Below are positions 1-13,495 of a stretch of 49,136 bases of DNA, piece by piece. The DNA comes from a virus. The number at the start of each line of letters is the position of its first letter. Position 1 is the stretch's first letter. The position numbers were made by a program, and so were the translations under genes. The notes under the pieces are model-generated. The model ran no database searches. It was not told the origin of the DNA and saw nothing but the letters and a program-made list of their open reading frames with translations. The DNA is taken from the IMG/VR virus record IMGVR_UViG_3300020074_000032, one strand, 5' to 3'.

Positions 1-1461
1 GCACCTAAATACGTATTTTTAAGCTCTGGAGTTATTGGTATAGTGGGCGTTCCCAATGATGGATTTTCAGGATTAGATTCTGAATTATTTTTAATTAACG
101 GCTTTGCATTGCCTGCTCTTTCATAACCAAAGCTCACATGAATATGATTTTCATGGATTGACTCATCTTCCGAGTCTGTGGAAAAGGTAATATATTTAGA
201 TAGTCCAGGATATTTTAAGATAAGTATGTCTTTAATTTTTAAACCGTCTGGATCTTCTCCCGATTTAATGTAGGTATCATAGCATTTTTTAGATATTGTT
301 ATTGAATCAGGTTGAAGAAAAATTGGTAAGTTAGATATTTGTGTAATGAATATTTCAAAATATTCTGCCCATTTTTCTGGATTTAAATTGATAAATTGTT
401 TTTTTGTATTTTTTGTAAGACCTATTCCAAGAATGTCAAAGGCTCTTCCAAAAGCGTGATCAGATATTGTTGAAGTTGATCTTTCTAACGCTGTCATATA
501 AGATTCTGAAGAACCAAGATTTGATCCCCTGTAAAAAGCAAATTCTCCAGTTATAGCTATTCCGCTATTTGCATTGCAAATTTCCAGGAGCATGAGCATG
601 AGCGATATTGACGGATAAAAAAACGACGTATTTGCGTCGGGCAGATCTAAAAATTTTTGAATATCTGTTAACTTTGTGTTTGAATCAAAGTCAGCTCTTT
701 GATTTATGTCTTTAAAACTAAAACTTTTTTCTGCGTTAATAGCAAACATTGTCGGACCATCAGCGATGTCTAAATTGCCATTGCTTTTTATTAGTGTCAT
801 TATATCTTCATATATCTTCTTTTCCTCTTCGGAAGCGTCGCTTACAAGAGTTGCGGGAAAATTATTATTTGGCGCGCCCAAACTTATTGCATCGTCGTCA
901 ACATCATACGGTTTTCCATCCATTCTGTAAGGGTTGGATTTATCAGTATCATTCGCCATTAGCTGAACGTACGCCGAAGCCTTTTGTTGAAAAAAGCCGG
1001 GCGCATAACCCGTTCCAAGAGTAGTTGACGCTATAGCTGCCTCAAATGCCTGTTGACCTGTTAGAAATTTTTTAGATTCTTTAGATCCATCGTACGTTGG
1101 ATCTGAATATGTAAATTTTTGGTAATCTTCTACTTTTTCCGTTGAAGAAGACATTGCATGATCTGCAGCAAAAGCAAGATGGCTATCAAGAGACGAGGAA
1201 ACTAGTCTATTGTAGGCATACATTGGCAGTGCGGGATCCCTGTAAAGAGCATTGCCGAGACATTATACTTTCCACACTATGGGATACCAAGCTTCTATTT
1301 TCATATCCAGAAATTGAAGCTGAAGTATTTTTAACAATAAGTTGATTGTTTGGATATACTTGAGAATGAAATTTTTGAACAAATGATAAAGTTGTGTCAG
1401 TATCAGATGGGCTTAATGAAAAATTTGGTCCGTCTATATTTATATCATCGTTTTCGCTCAT
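1..1461 (-). CDS. Peptidase M15-like (D-Ala-D-Ala carboxypeptidase-like) virion protein, C-terminus beyond window; needs +1 shift at CGG 1255-1257
   Basis: ATG at 1461 (MSENDDINIDGPNFSL...SVESIMS), then CGGC, then an open frame to the window edge (NALYRDPALPMYAYNRLVSSSLDSHLAF...). Contains ISDHAFGRAFDILG (SxHxxGxAxD) and IHENHIHVSFG, the M15 zinc-site pattern. Confidence 0.75.
1255..1257 (-). other. In-frame CGG frame-change site 1 (ATG TCT CGG C | AAT GCT)
   Basis: Zero frame stops at 1207; +1 frame open to window edge. Confidence 0.85.
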
Positions 1462-4400
1462 TATCCCCTTCTTCCTAATTCTCCAATATAATCTGTATCT
1501 AAGTTAACTGAATCCTGATTAAACAATAGAGACTTGGTGTATACTGTTGCAAGATTTGAAACAACCATTTCCCAGTTGAGTGTAGCCGGGGTTCCATCAG
1601 AATAGTACTCGTCCCATAGGATTAACGGCCATTCTGTTGATTTTGAATATAAGGATTCAATTATCTTTATTTCAACTGATACATTAAATAAATCAATAAG
1701 ATTTTGCGAAAGTCCGAATAAAGGATCGTCAACATTTGTTGGTGAAATAAAATAATCTTTATATAAATTATTACTTAGTATTTCTTGGTAAATATTTTCA
1801 AAATACTGAGCGATTGGATTAAGTATTTGATTTCCTATTTTTTCTGAAAATATTGATTGTTTTACTGTTTCTTTTATTTTATTAAAATTTAAATCATTGG
1901 ATATGAAAACTGATCTAATTGTGTCAATGTATAAATTAAGTTCATTGGTTGTAACTCTGTGAAAAATGGTACCAAGTGTTCTATTAAATGTCGTTTGTGT
2001 TTTCTGTCCAAAACCATTTTCGGAAATAGTTGTATCTTTTAAGTAATTTTCTTGTTTATTTTGCGAAGAGCCTGCATCAAACGATTGAGCGTTCACTGAT
2101 TCCGTGGAACCAAATGTTGAATTTGGTGCTACTCTTAAAACAAATATTTTATCTCTTAAAGACTCTTCAACATAAACTCTTGCTTTTCCTCCTGGACTAC
2201 TTGGATCAAAAGTCCCTGCTCTATATACTTTTCCATCTACGCCAATATTTATATCTTTAAATACATTTAATTCTGCTGCGTTTATTCCTTCAAATCTAAC
2301 AGAAAACTCTTTGCTATCAGGATTTAATATGTCTACAACTTTTATTGTGTCTCCGTCAATAAATCCGTTATCAACAACTTTTACTAAAATTTTAAAGAAT
2401 TGATTTAATCCTGCTTTTTCTGGGCCTATACCGGAATATTGTAAAACTTTTGCACTTACTAATGCATTTTCATAGCTTATGTGCCTAACAAGATCAGCTA
2501 TGTCTTTTTCTTTCCATCCTAAGTTTTTCAAAAGCTCATCTGTTCGTACGTAAGCATTTCCCTGTTGTGTCCTAATCAGTCTTCTGCTGTTCACTCCAAG
2601 TATACCTGGCAAGAGTGCTTTTGAGTGATACTTGCCTACTACCATTCCTTGATTGTAAGATAGCCCAGCATCCATTGGCTGTCCGTTTCTTGACAAATAT
2701 TGAACGTAGCAGCCATGCTGATCAAGTATGTTATCTCTTATAAATTTCCAACCACTCCACGCAGCGTCAGAGAAGATAGCGCTACCAGCAACTGCTGCAC
2801 CGACTGCTACCAGCGCTGCGCCTCCTGTGGCCACAGTTGCAAGAGCTGCTAAACCTCCACCAACTACAGTTGCAACTCCAGTTGAAATAAATGCGGTTTT
2901 GACGGAGTTTAAATCTGGTTGTTCTATTTTACCGCTTTTACCTAGACTCGACAATGCGAGTTGTCGCTGTGCATCTGGTAATGAATTAGCTGTAAAGTTT
3001 GCCATAATGTCTTTAACTAAAGCCGAATGACCGTGAGTATATTGTACTCCGCCTAACATTTGAACACTAAGCGCTTCTGCCAATCTGTCTACAGAAACAT
3101 TGCCTCCAGAAATTATTCCCGTTCTAGAATTTGCAACAGACAGCAGATATCTAGTATCGTTTCTTAATGTCTGTAGACTCAACCAGGAGGCGAGCCAGGA
3201 AGACATAAACCATCTCGATGGATCGTTTACGGTCACTAGTGCATTGGGCGTTATCGATGTTACAAAACCAAGCTCCGGAGTAAAATGATGAACTACTTGC
3301 TCAACTTCAAATAGGCCATACATTCTTTCGTATACGTCAGCTAAATAAACTAGATCATGAGGTCTTATATCTGGCGATCCTATCACTATTAATTCTCCAG
3401 TATAAATATCTTTTACTGATTCCTTTAAATGGGAAAGCGCAACTCTTCTTGCGGTCAGCTCATCTGGCGATCCTTGTGCCATTTTAGATATTCCTCTTAC
3501 GGTTTCAAATGGATGAAAAATTGGATGAAGAATTCCAAAAAATCCAGAACCTCGTATATTGTCAAAATACAATCCAGTTTCTACTGTTTTTTCAACTTGC
3601 CTTTCTGGCGAAGCTGCTTTGTCCAAAGCCACAGTAACTGGGTATTTTCCATCAGAAACAGCTGTAACTACAGTCGCAACATCGTTTATATTTTCTTGAA
3701 TTTTATTAGATAAAATATGAGTAAAAGAACTTAGATAGTGAACTCTTTGAAATGGTTCCCTTATCTCCACTACCGGTTCTCCGTACTCTCTTGTAAACGG
3801 ATTATCCACTGCTCTTAATAGTGTTCCTGGATTACCCATTGTGTAATAAATAGAATCATTTAAATATTTATTTAAAACATTTGCTTGCTTATTAAGGTTA
3901 TCTATCTCGGCCAAACCATATCCCATTTGAGCCATTGAAAGCTTAAACATATTTAAAAGCCCAGTTAAACCTTCGGAGATTGCGGTAAAGTATATTCCAA
4001 CATTTCTGTCCCAGAAATCTTTAGTATCTTCAAAAGCAGCCGAAAACCAGTGTGTGGCACTGTCCCCCTCAGATGCATTTGCTACTAAAAATTCCTTAAA
4101 TCTACTTGGTTTTTTAGCGTAGTCAGAATTTGGATCTATGAAGGCCTGCCATGCTTTGTATACTGGAGAAAAGTCCCAAAGTCCGTCTTCCCTGCCAAAA
4201 CTTATATCCTTTAAGCCAAAGAAGAGCGGATTAGAAGAATAATGAGTAAGTCTTCTATTTGGCTTTAAGACTAACCATGCTCTGTTGTAGGCATCTGACC
4301 ACATTATTTGCCTAAACCAACCCACTATAAATAAATACAATTTCTTTGGTGAATCTATTTTACTTAAAATTTCTTGTCTCTTCGTTTCTTCAATATTTTT

Positions 4401-6828
4401 GTAATTACCATCAAATAAATCAGATTGAAAAGATATAAGATTAAGCTCTGTTGCGTCTTCTGAAGTGAGATTCCCTTCAACTTTTGTCATAACTAAAAAG
4501 CTTAACAAACCAGTTAGTTTAGAAAACTTTCTTCTTAAGGCCGTATCTAAATCTGTTAATAAACCTGGAACATCATCTTTTATATTTTTATCTGCTTTTT
4601 TATCAATAAATTTTTGTGCACTGAAGTTAACCGCTTCTTTAATTTTAGCGGTGTCCGTTTTTTGTCCTTGCACACTTATTCCTTGTTCTAGATATTGTTC
4701 TCCTAATAGAACTTCAAATTCATCTAGTGCATCTACGTCTTTATTTTTTGGATCTATGTATCTAGTAAAAATTGAAGTATCATCTGATTTTAGGAGTATC
4801 AGATCCGTTACAAAGGATGGAAGTTTTTCGTCATCATCTGGATCTAAACCGTACGCCTCTTGAAAAAGTGATTTTACCATTTTTTCTTCATGGAAAGTAA
4901 TTCTAAAAAAGTCCCATATTTCTCTTGCTTGAGCTAATGTTCTTCCGTTTCCTGCTATTACGCTGACGCTAGTTGAATAATCTTCATCATAATTTTGTCT
5001 TGCCTCTATTGAGACCTGTATGTCTGTAGCATCGAAAACGTCTATAAATGTACTTCTACCAGTGTTGCTTGAGTCTTTGTCTTTAAAGGTGTCAACTTCT
5101 TTATCTAGTACAGCGTAGAGTGACTTCTTGCTTAAATCATTAAGTTTTGCACTAAGTATTTTGTCGTACCAAAGCGTATAGTTTCCACCTAATATTGCCT
5201 GAATTCTTTTTTCTTCTCTGGTTCTAAAAGTTATTTCCTGCAGTGGTCTAAATAAGTCACCCTCAATTGCGTCATTGTTTTTAATAGAATCAATATCCGA
5301 CAATACATCTGCCAAATATCCAAAGGATCTATGTTCTGTGTTTTCATCAAGCGTTTGATACTGATCATATGATACTGCATCGTTTCCATGATAGGTTGCC
5401 TCCAGTTTAGATTGAGATTTACCTAGTTCATAAGATCCAAATCCTATAATATAATTCTTTTCCGACGAATAAGTTTTTGAGTTGCTTGATAGATCGTAAT
5501 ATTTTGATTTGACTATTGAACCAGGAATTACACCAAGTGGAAAATCGTCTTCAACAAATGTAAAGTAGCAACTTCTTGCTATCGGAACAATTGAAACTCC
5601 TGAGTAGTCACTTTTACCTCCCACTTTATCATTGTCACTCCAGTATTTTGAGATAGTATAATATTCAGAAAGATCGAATTTCTGTGACCAACTTTCTTTA
5701 AATTCTTGTGGCATTGCAGTATAACCACCTAAGTAATTTACAATACCGACGAAAATCGTTATATGTCGAGTCGAGGTTACCGGCAAGATATTCAGTTCCA
5801 AAAGTATACTGATTTGCATTATAGTTGTTATTTTCTGAGAACATTGAATTATTATTTAATATTCCAAGATAGTATGCTGCATCGGGAGAAACTACTGCAT
5901 CTATAAATGGATTGGCTTGTGCGTTTTCGCCGTATGCGATGTCGTTTGGATCATCGCTTTTTATTTTTCCAGAGTCATAAAATATTTGATCTCTTTGATT
6001 TCCCCACAGGAAGTACGCTGGCTTACAGCAGACCGCGGTATTTGTTGCAGGACTATATACTAATACTTTTCTGTTTTTATAATCTTGTGGTTTGCCGTAT
6101 AGATACCATTTTGATGTATCATCTTCAGCAGCTTGAGGTGGTCTTAATCCATATAAACTATCTTTATATTGATTTGTAAAAGCATTTTTTATTTCCTTAG
6201 AATCAAACCATACTGGCTCATATGGCCATCTCATTGCTATATAAAACTGTTCAGCATTTGCATCTGCTGGCATTCCCCATTCATGATATACCTTTGTTTC
6301 TCTATTATATAATTCTTGCAGAAGAGCTGGTTTTGCATTGGGGTATTCGAAATGCTCTCCATAATAATAATTGGAATTCTCACTGTCGTCCTGGTATGGA
6401 TCTATTTTACCAGTATAAACTTGATCACTATTGCTAGCATTGGGCGTAAGTGATGTGTTTATCAATGAATGCCACGATGGAAATGGCATTACTATTATAT
6501 TAAAATCTGCATTGCTGGGACCAGTTGTATCCATGAAAGCTTGACTGCTCATTATTTGTGCAACGGATTCAAAACCAGCTTGTGACAATAGTTTATTTGA
6601 GTAAGAAAAAGAATCAAACTTGAACACAAAAGATGGTGCAGTATTACCATTTCCAGTTTCTTCATTATCTGGTTTTTGTGTAATTCCAGAACTGTTTTGA
6701 AGCGCTTTAAACTCTCCTACTATTAACTGTAAATAACTATACGATCCTCTTAAATTTACATCAGAGGTAGCAAATGATTTATTGTCGCCGCGCAAAGAGG
6801 ACGGTACCGTCTGCAACTGAGGTAGCAT
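1461..6828 (-). CDS. Large tail/baseplate hub-like protein, about 1788 aa, with SNase-like domain; +1 shift at CGG 5746-5748 joins the listed 376 aa and 1452 aa ORFs
   Basis: 376-aa frame runs to DFR-CGGT, +1 gives IVNYLGGYTAMPQEFKESW. Length 5368 nt minus 1 is divisible by 3. Region IGSPDIRPHDLVYLADVYERMYGLFEVEQVVHHFTPELG resembles hub/late-control type proteins. If there is no fusion, a separate gene would start at ATG 5714 with an AGGTGG SD. Confidence 0.6.
5746..5748 (-). other. In-frame CGG frame-change site 2 (TTT CGT CGG T | ATT GTA)
   Basis: +1 enters the frame of the 1452-aa ORF. Confidence 0.75.
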
Positions 6829-9800
6829 TAGCGGCTTTATTGCTTAATATATTATGATATACATCGCCGTCACTGTAATATCCGAGCAGAGCTCTTGCAT
6901 TGAAGTTAAATATATAACCACCATGAAAACCGTCAAATGAGGTTGTTTTTCTATCTGTAAAATATGGAAATTGATATCTAAACGGTAGTTTGGATATTTG
7001 CTTATGTGTTCCAGCTATATCTGTAATGCTTCTTTCAGTAGAAGTTGGCTGTCCAAATGGAAGGTGAAAACCAACAGAAACAACGCCTTTGTTTACTGGC
7101 AAACGTGCCACAACTTTCTTTTGAGTTTTATCATAAAAAATCATTCTTCTTGGATCTTCAAAGTTAATTAGTTTCTTTTTATACTTATCTTTTATGTATG
7201 AAACGGGTAGGAATTCATTTGACCCATCGTATGCAGATTGAATAAACTCTTCTGCTAAATCAAGTGGAGATGATCCTTCAAAATTTTTCTGAAAAGCAGA
7301 TGCGTCAGCCATAGGATTACTTTCCCTGTTGATAATGTCTAATAGCTCGACAAGATCACTATCTCTATCTATTGTTTTTGGTCCATTATATTTTTTACCC
7401 ATTCGCAGTGCAGCCTGTTCGCCAACAAAACCTGTTGATATTGGCATAACTCCGGAAGTATATAGCCAATGTGGTTTACCGTAAAAAATAGTTGACCTGT
7501 CCTCGAATGGTCTTATGGCACAGATATAATTTGGCAATAATCTAGCACATAGCTGAAACATATCCCAAACACTTCTCATGTATGTTTGAGCTCTAAAAGA
7601 TACCTCATCAAAACCGCGCATGTCGTCATCAGATCTAGATACTAATCCCAGTGTTTCAAATATTCCGGCGGTTGTCCTTCCGTTTATTGCTCCCAGTAAT
7701 CCTGAACCAATCATTGATTGACCAAAAAAACCAAACACAGGAAAGCCAGTAGCTATTAATCCCACTCCAGCTACAGCTGCAGCTCCGCTTAATAACTGAG
7801 ATGTACCTATTGCATTGCTGGTATTTTGAATCCCTTTACCAGCTATATTGACATCTATTAATGCGTTGTTATTTTGTATTGCCCTATCCCAAGAGGCGTC
7901 GCCAAGTCTTTGTAGATAAGCTTTTCTGCTCATCGATAATTCATCGTATGCTCCTTGATCAACAGACGCGGCTGTTGACCATCCAACGTCTAGGTCTCCT
8001 CCCAAAAATTGCGAAACACCTAAACCGTTTCCTGGATAAATATTTCTTTTAAAAACTTCATAATCTCTTTGAGTAGAGAGATTAGCCATTAGAGTCCTCA
8101 TATGACCAGCCACTGGCAATCTTAGTGCTCCTCCTGCCACTCCTGCTAGAAATGCCCCAGGAAGACCTCCCGCAACTCCACCAGCGGCAATTGAGCCACC
8201 TATAACTGCGGCGTCTACGCCATTGTATGAACCAACAGTATTGTTCCAAGCAGCTTTTAATAGCTGTGACATATCAAAAGATTCGTCACTGACAACATCT
8301 ATTGCATTTTTAAAGGCTTGTTTAATTGCTCTATTTTTTTCTAACTCAAGATCACTTAGTGGTTCATATAATATTGTACCAAAGTGTCTTATTCCAAATT
8401 TGTTTTCAGAAAAAACAGTACCTCTTGTAGCATGCCCGATTGCCTCTCTGAATCTAGACGTGCCCATGGACAGTAACTTAACCATTAGATCTCTTGGCTC
8501 AGACATAAACATGCCGGTATTTATACCGCCATCTATCTTTCCGCTATTTCCTTTTTTATTTGCCGAGTTTATAATTGGACTTAATTCTATAGCATCGGAT
8601 TGACAAGTTACAGTTACTATTTCTCCCATTTCGACATTGGTAATTAATCCGTTGAACAACGTTTGAAGTGCATTTGGATTAGAACCATATCCGCCTCTTA
8701 AGTGAACTCTAACACCTGGTTTAAGTCTTATATTTTCTATGTCAACAATGTATTTGTTATCAAAATGTGCTTTAAAATTTCTTGATCTATTTAAAAGCGT
8801 ATCAACTATTTTACTTAATCCCTCTGCCATATTTATTTGAGAAGGATCAGACTGAGTTCCGATTTCAAATATTCTGCTTGTTTCAGGCCTGTTGAGTTTA
8901 GAGTACATATTGGAAACTCTAAAAATAAGAGTATCACCTAAAATATCTTCAGATTGAACTATGGAAAAATCAATTAAGGATTGAAGACCATAAAAATTAT
9001 TAAAAACTTTAGTTCCAAAAAACATTCCACCCTCATCAATAAGCCATAGCATGTATGTTGGAAATGCTCTTATCATTCTTCCGGAAAGATCTCTATAGGA
9101 TGTATCTATCAGCATTTTCTCCCAATGTTTTGTTACAGAATATTGATCGCCCTTTTTGCCTGAAATTGTTTCTGCTCCGCGTTCATTATTGGAATATGCG
9201 TATTGATAATCGGCCAGAGCTTTAGTTCCAATTTCTGACATATGAGGTTTTTGAACATTGTTATCTGGAGTTTGGGAATCAGAAACTTTTGTAAAGTGTA
9301 TTGATCTTTTCTCGACTTTTCCTTTTTCTGGATCTATCTTTTCCTTTATATTAAAACTATTATTTTGAAGATAAAATCTACCATCTTCTCTACTAAGATA
9401 GCCAAAGTTATATCCGAGCTGCGGTTTGCATCATAGCCGGTATGAGAACACTGTAACCTTCTTCCATTGCTGGAACCGCATAGACAATTCCATGCATATA
9501 CTCAAGTAATTGGCCGTTTGAGTTATCTACTCCAGCCATTAAATTGTCTGGATCAATGCTTATAAGTTTGTCTTCGATATTTTTTGTTTGATCTAAGATT
9601 TCTGATAATGTAGCTTCTAATTTATCTTTTGCTCCAGAAGTAATTTCTCCCACTTTAAACTCTCCCATTGGAACTGCAAAATTAGTATCAGAAAAAATAA
9701 ATAACTTATCTTCGATAGTTAAACTATCTACATAGTCAAGAAGAAGGCTTTCGCTAAACCCAGTATATTTAATAATTGTTTTTTGAATTAATGAATACAT

Positions 9801-12800
9801 TTTTGATGGAGTAATCTGATTTGCGTTGGCAAACACTTGTAGGTTTTCTATTTCATCATTTCTTAAATAATCAACTATTTTATCTATGAGAACTTGATCT
9901 TTTTTCTCTTCGTTTTCTTTTGATTCTTCTGAAGTGCCCTCAAACATTGACGGCTTTAAAATAGCTGTTTCTTGTATGGATTGATTGTTAATGACATCCC
10001 TGTCAAACATGTCAAATCCTCTGAAATAATAATCTGGATCTAAACAGCCGACAACATCGCCCTCTTTATTTCTTAATTCTAATGGCATATCTGGATAGCT
10101 GTTAAATGCTCCCCAAAGTTGTTTTATTCTTAAAAATGGATTTTTCTTTGTTCCAAACTCTTCTGCAAATTTCTCTTGTTGTTTGTGCGATAGTCTTTCT
10201 CGCTTCTGTTGAAAAATATCAAAATCAACAAGAGTTAATTGAACTTTATAAACATGAGGAAAATTAGGTATTGTATCCACATTGTACCTTAGCGGTAAGA
10301 CATATTTTACTCCGGCTAAAGTTGTTATTATATTTTTTAATCCTAAAAATCCAATAACTCCAGCTGCGTTTTCAAGTCTGGCTAAACCGCTAATGTGATC
10401 AAATATATTTCTAAGTTTTATTAACTCTTCCTCGCCAAAAACAGTTAGTGACATATTAATATAAGTATCTTTACCGCCTATGTGCTGATATGTTGGCTCA
10501 TCTTGAAGTTGAACTTGTAGTTTTACCAAATTATTACCCATAGTCAAACTAACGCCATCAACTATAACGTTCTTAGGATTAAGATTAACCTTTATCATAG
10601 GAACTTCCCATTCGTTGAACGAATAAGATCCTTCCTTTCTTTGAGCTGCATCAATGTAGTCTTTAATTGGTCCAGCTATAAAGAATCTTTCATACAAGGT
10701 TTTATTAAAGGAATCGATCAACTCCTGCTTTGCTTGTTCTCTTGCTTCGATTTCAGTTATTTTTAGAGTTGGATCAGCAAGTTTTTCTGCAACTATTCTT
10801 TCAATCAACTCTTCTAAAAGTCCATTAGAGTTTCTTGATTGAAATTCTAAGTAGTTCCTAACCTCAACCAAGGTAACGCCAGATACCGGCTTTCCGTCAC
10901 TGCCGATAGGCATTCTGGGTATCTTGAAAGTGTTATACTGATCTGATGGTCTTTGCGATGTTTTTCTCAAGATATAATCTAAGCCATCTGGAATAATAAA
11001 AATATTTGGATTTTTTTGCAAATATACTCTAGCTAAATAATCGTAAACTTTATCGTTGATTTCTTTTGAATCTTTACCAGCCAAAAGTATATCTAGGGCT
11101 GTATTAACTTTTCTTCTTACATTTGGACTAATGATTATTTCTCTGCTTGTAACAACTTGATCAAGCGATCTACCATAACTAGCTGACTCATTAATGTCTA
11201 TTCCCAGTCGATATAAAATTGATGACCAAATATCTCTTCCCGTATCTGATAAAAGCTTTTCTTGATCAGTTGCAAACGTGGATGTATCTGGAGTAAAGAT
11301 TTTACTTTGAAGTCTTTCTGGCATGTAAATTTCTATATTGTTTCCATCTTTCCAATCTGAATATGGTTGTATGGAAATTGTTTCTTCTACTATATTACTT
11401 TCAGTTTTTTCAATGTCAACAACCTGTTCTGTCTCACTTGCTTTTTTGATAAGGAACTCCGCATTGACGTACTTATCCAGGTCTTGACCAGCCCTAGTCA
11501 TGTAATGCCTGTACTTGCCCCAGTGAACTGCTTGATTAAAATCTTTAATCATAGGAAGAAACGGTTTATGATTAAATGCATTCATTTCCAAATCTACTAC
11601 TAGACAAAATGGAAAATTTGGAATTGTAGAAATAGACATATTGGATAACGTAACTCCAGTAATTCCGTGCACTCTATTTAAATAGTCATTTTTTATTGGA
11701 ATTATTGGAGAAGACTTAAACATTGCAACAAGGCCCCTAAGGGAGGATAAAAACTTGTCTATTTTTTCTTCAGAATCACTATTTATTTTTATATCAAAAT
11801 TATCTTGTCTTAGATCAATACTTGAACCATCTAATACCGATAGTCCCCATATCTCTTCATAGTTTGGAAAATACAACCTAGTCGATATAACAGTATCTTT
11901 ATATCCTGTATTGAACTTTGGGCTGTTCTTTTGTCTTATTGCGCCCCCGGTAAGACTGCCTGATCTAAAATTAACATCAACATTTATAGATACAGGAGGA
12001 ACATAAAAATTAGATGCTCCTATTCTAAGATGAAAAATATCAGGAGTCTTTGGTGGTATATTGGCCCTGAATGGGAATTCCTCTAAAGCTTTTTGAATTC
12101 TTACAGCTGTGTTTACCAAAGACCAAGCTGGACTAAATACTGCTTCTCCATTTTCGTCTATTCCAAAAGACTTAAACATTCTAACTGCTATTTGAACTGG
12201 ATCATTCAATGGATCGTCTGTACTACCGCCTAATCCATTATTTGAATAATCTGCAGTTGCAGCTAGTGAATCGAAAATAAATTGAGCTAGCTTTGGCATG
12301 TATTGATGAATTTGATACGCCAATACTGGATCTTTTAACAAAGTGTTATAGCCTTTAATTAAAAGATTAAGCCATTCGATATCAAAATCTTTACCTGGAT
12401 CTTGCGTAAGTCCTTCTATCGCGCTCTTTTGCAAAGCCGCTTTACTGGTGAATCTTTTTTGAGCAAATTTTTGTATTTGTGGTTTAAAAAACACAATATT
12501 TAAAAGATCAGATTGCAGTGCCTTTTTATATAATTTGTCATAGACAGACAAATGTTCTACTTTGGTAAAGTCTAAACCATGTGGAGATATTATTTGAAAA
12601 AATTCTTGCGGATGAATTACATATTTTGTATTTAGGTATTCACCATCTCCATCATAATAAATATACTGATTAGACTTTTGATCAAAATTTAACTTATTTT
12701 TTTCGTTTTGGTCTTTGGAAAAAAATATTTTACGATCATTAAGAGAAAATAAAGAGTCTCTACTCCTCAAAAGTAAACCTGTATACTGATTGGTGGCCCA

Positions 12801-13019
12801 CATTTGAACTGCTGATACTGGAGCAGAACTATTGCTAATAGCTACAATGTAATCATACAAATCTGGACCAATAGCGTACTCTGTTGGTGATACCTGTATT
12901 TTCTTACCATTTACTTCAATTTCGTGCCTTTGTTGACCAGGCCTAGAAAACTGTGTCCAAAAATTTCGCACATAAGAAATTGCCTCTTGTTTTGTTATTT
13001 TATCCTGATTGTTAGCCAT
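6779..13019 (-). CDS. Giant baseplate/tail structural protein, about 2079 aa; +1 shift at CGG 9414-9416 joins listed 1203 aa and 820 aa ORFs
   Basis: 1203-aa frame ends ...MMQTAA-CGGA; +1 gives YNFGYLSREDGRFYLQNNSFNIKEKIDPEKGKVEKRSIHF..., open without any stop into the 820-aa ORF (MSEIGTKALADYQ). 6241 nt minus 1 divisible by 3. Confidence 0.7.
9414..9416 (-). other. In-frame CGG frame-change site 3 (GCA GCT CGG A | TAT AAC)
   Basis: Zero frame hits TAA one codon after CGG; +1 open into the 820-aa ORF. Confidence 0.9.
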
Positions 13020-13028
13020 ATGTGCCTT

Positions 13029-13487
13029 TTATATTAAATTATTATAATCAATCATATTTTTTATAAGTTGACTAGAAGAACCTTTTGAATAAACATTGCT
13101 ATAGTTATATTCTGTGTGCCTTTTCATTATAGCAGATGATTCCATATTTTTAATTGATGAAAGCATTGCGTCTTTATTGTCAAAAGCTTTTTGTGTAGGA
13201 TTTTGTTGAAATCTGTTTTTTTGAATTGATTTATTTAAATAGCCTACATTATTAAAAGATATGTGCGCAGATGAAGAATTAATATAACCCTCATATGAAG
13301 GTCTTGCTGATGTAATTGTTTTAGACGAGGCATTGATTCTTTGTTTATTCTCTGTAGTGTTTTCTTGCCTGTTATTAGACGAAACTGAGGCTGAATCATT
13401 AATAGATTTTTCTACTCTTGGAGATGTGTCTATTCTTTTTTTGCCAGCTTCAGAAAGGTTTTTATTTTGCGAAACTACATCACGCAT
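13029..13487 (-). CDS. Hypothetical polar protein, 152 aa
   Basis: Intact ORF in a compact minus-strand operon. Confidence 0.7.
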   Translation of the reverse strand: MRDVVSQNKNLSEAGKKRIDTSPRVEKSINDSASVSSNNRQENTTENKQRINASSKTITSARPSYEGYINSSSAHISFNNVGYLNKSIQKNRFQQNPTQKAFDNKDAMLSSIKNMESSAIMKRHTEYNYSNVYSKGSSSQLIKNMIDYNNLI

Positions 13488-13495
13488 ATTTTTCC

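Noticed and set aside
706-1345. Plus-strand ORFs at 706-930, 749-1024 and 1142-1345
   Set aside because: They are antisense to the continuous minus-strand M15-like coding frame revealed by the CGG shift.
5714-5819. Listed start of the 1452-aa ORF at 5819 (MQISILLELNILPV...)
   Set aside because: The first about 35 residues are out-of-frame antisense of the 376-aa coding frame; the real continuation enters this frame at CGG 5746 or starts at ATG 5714.
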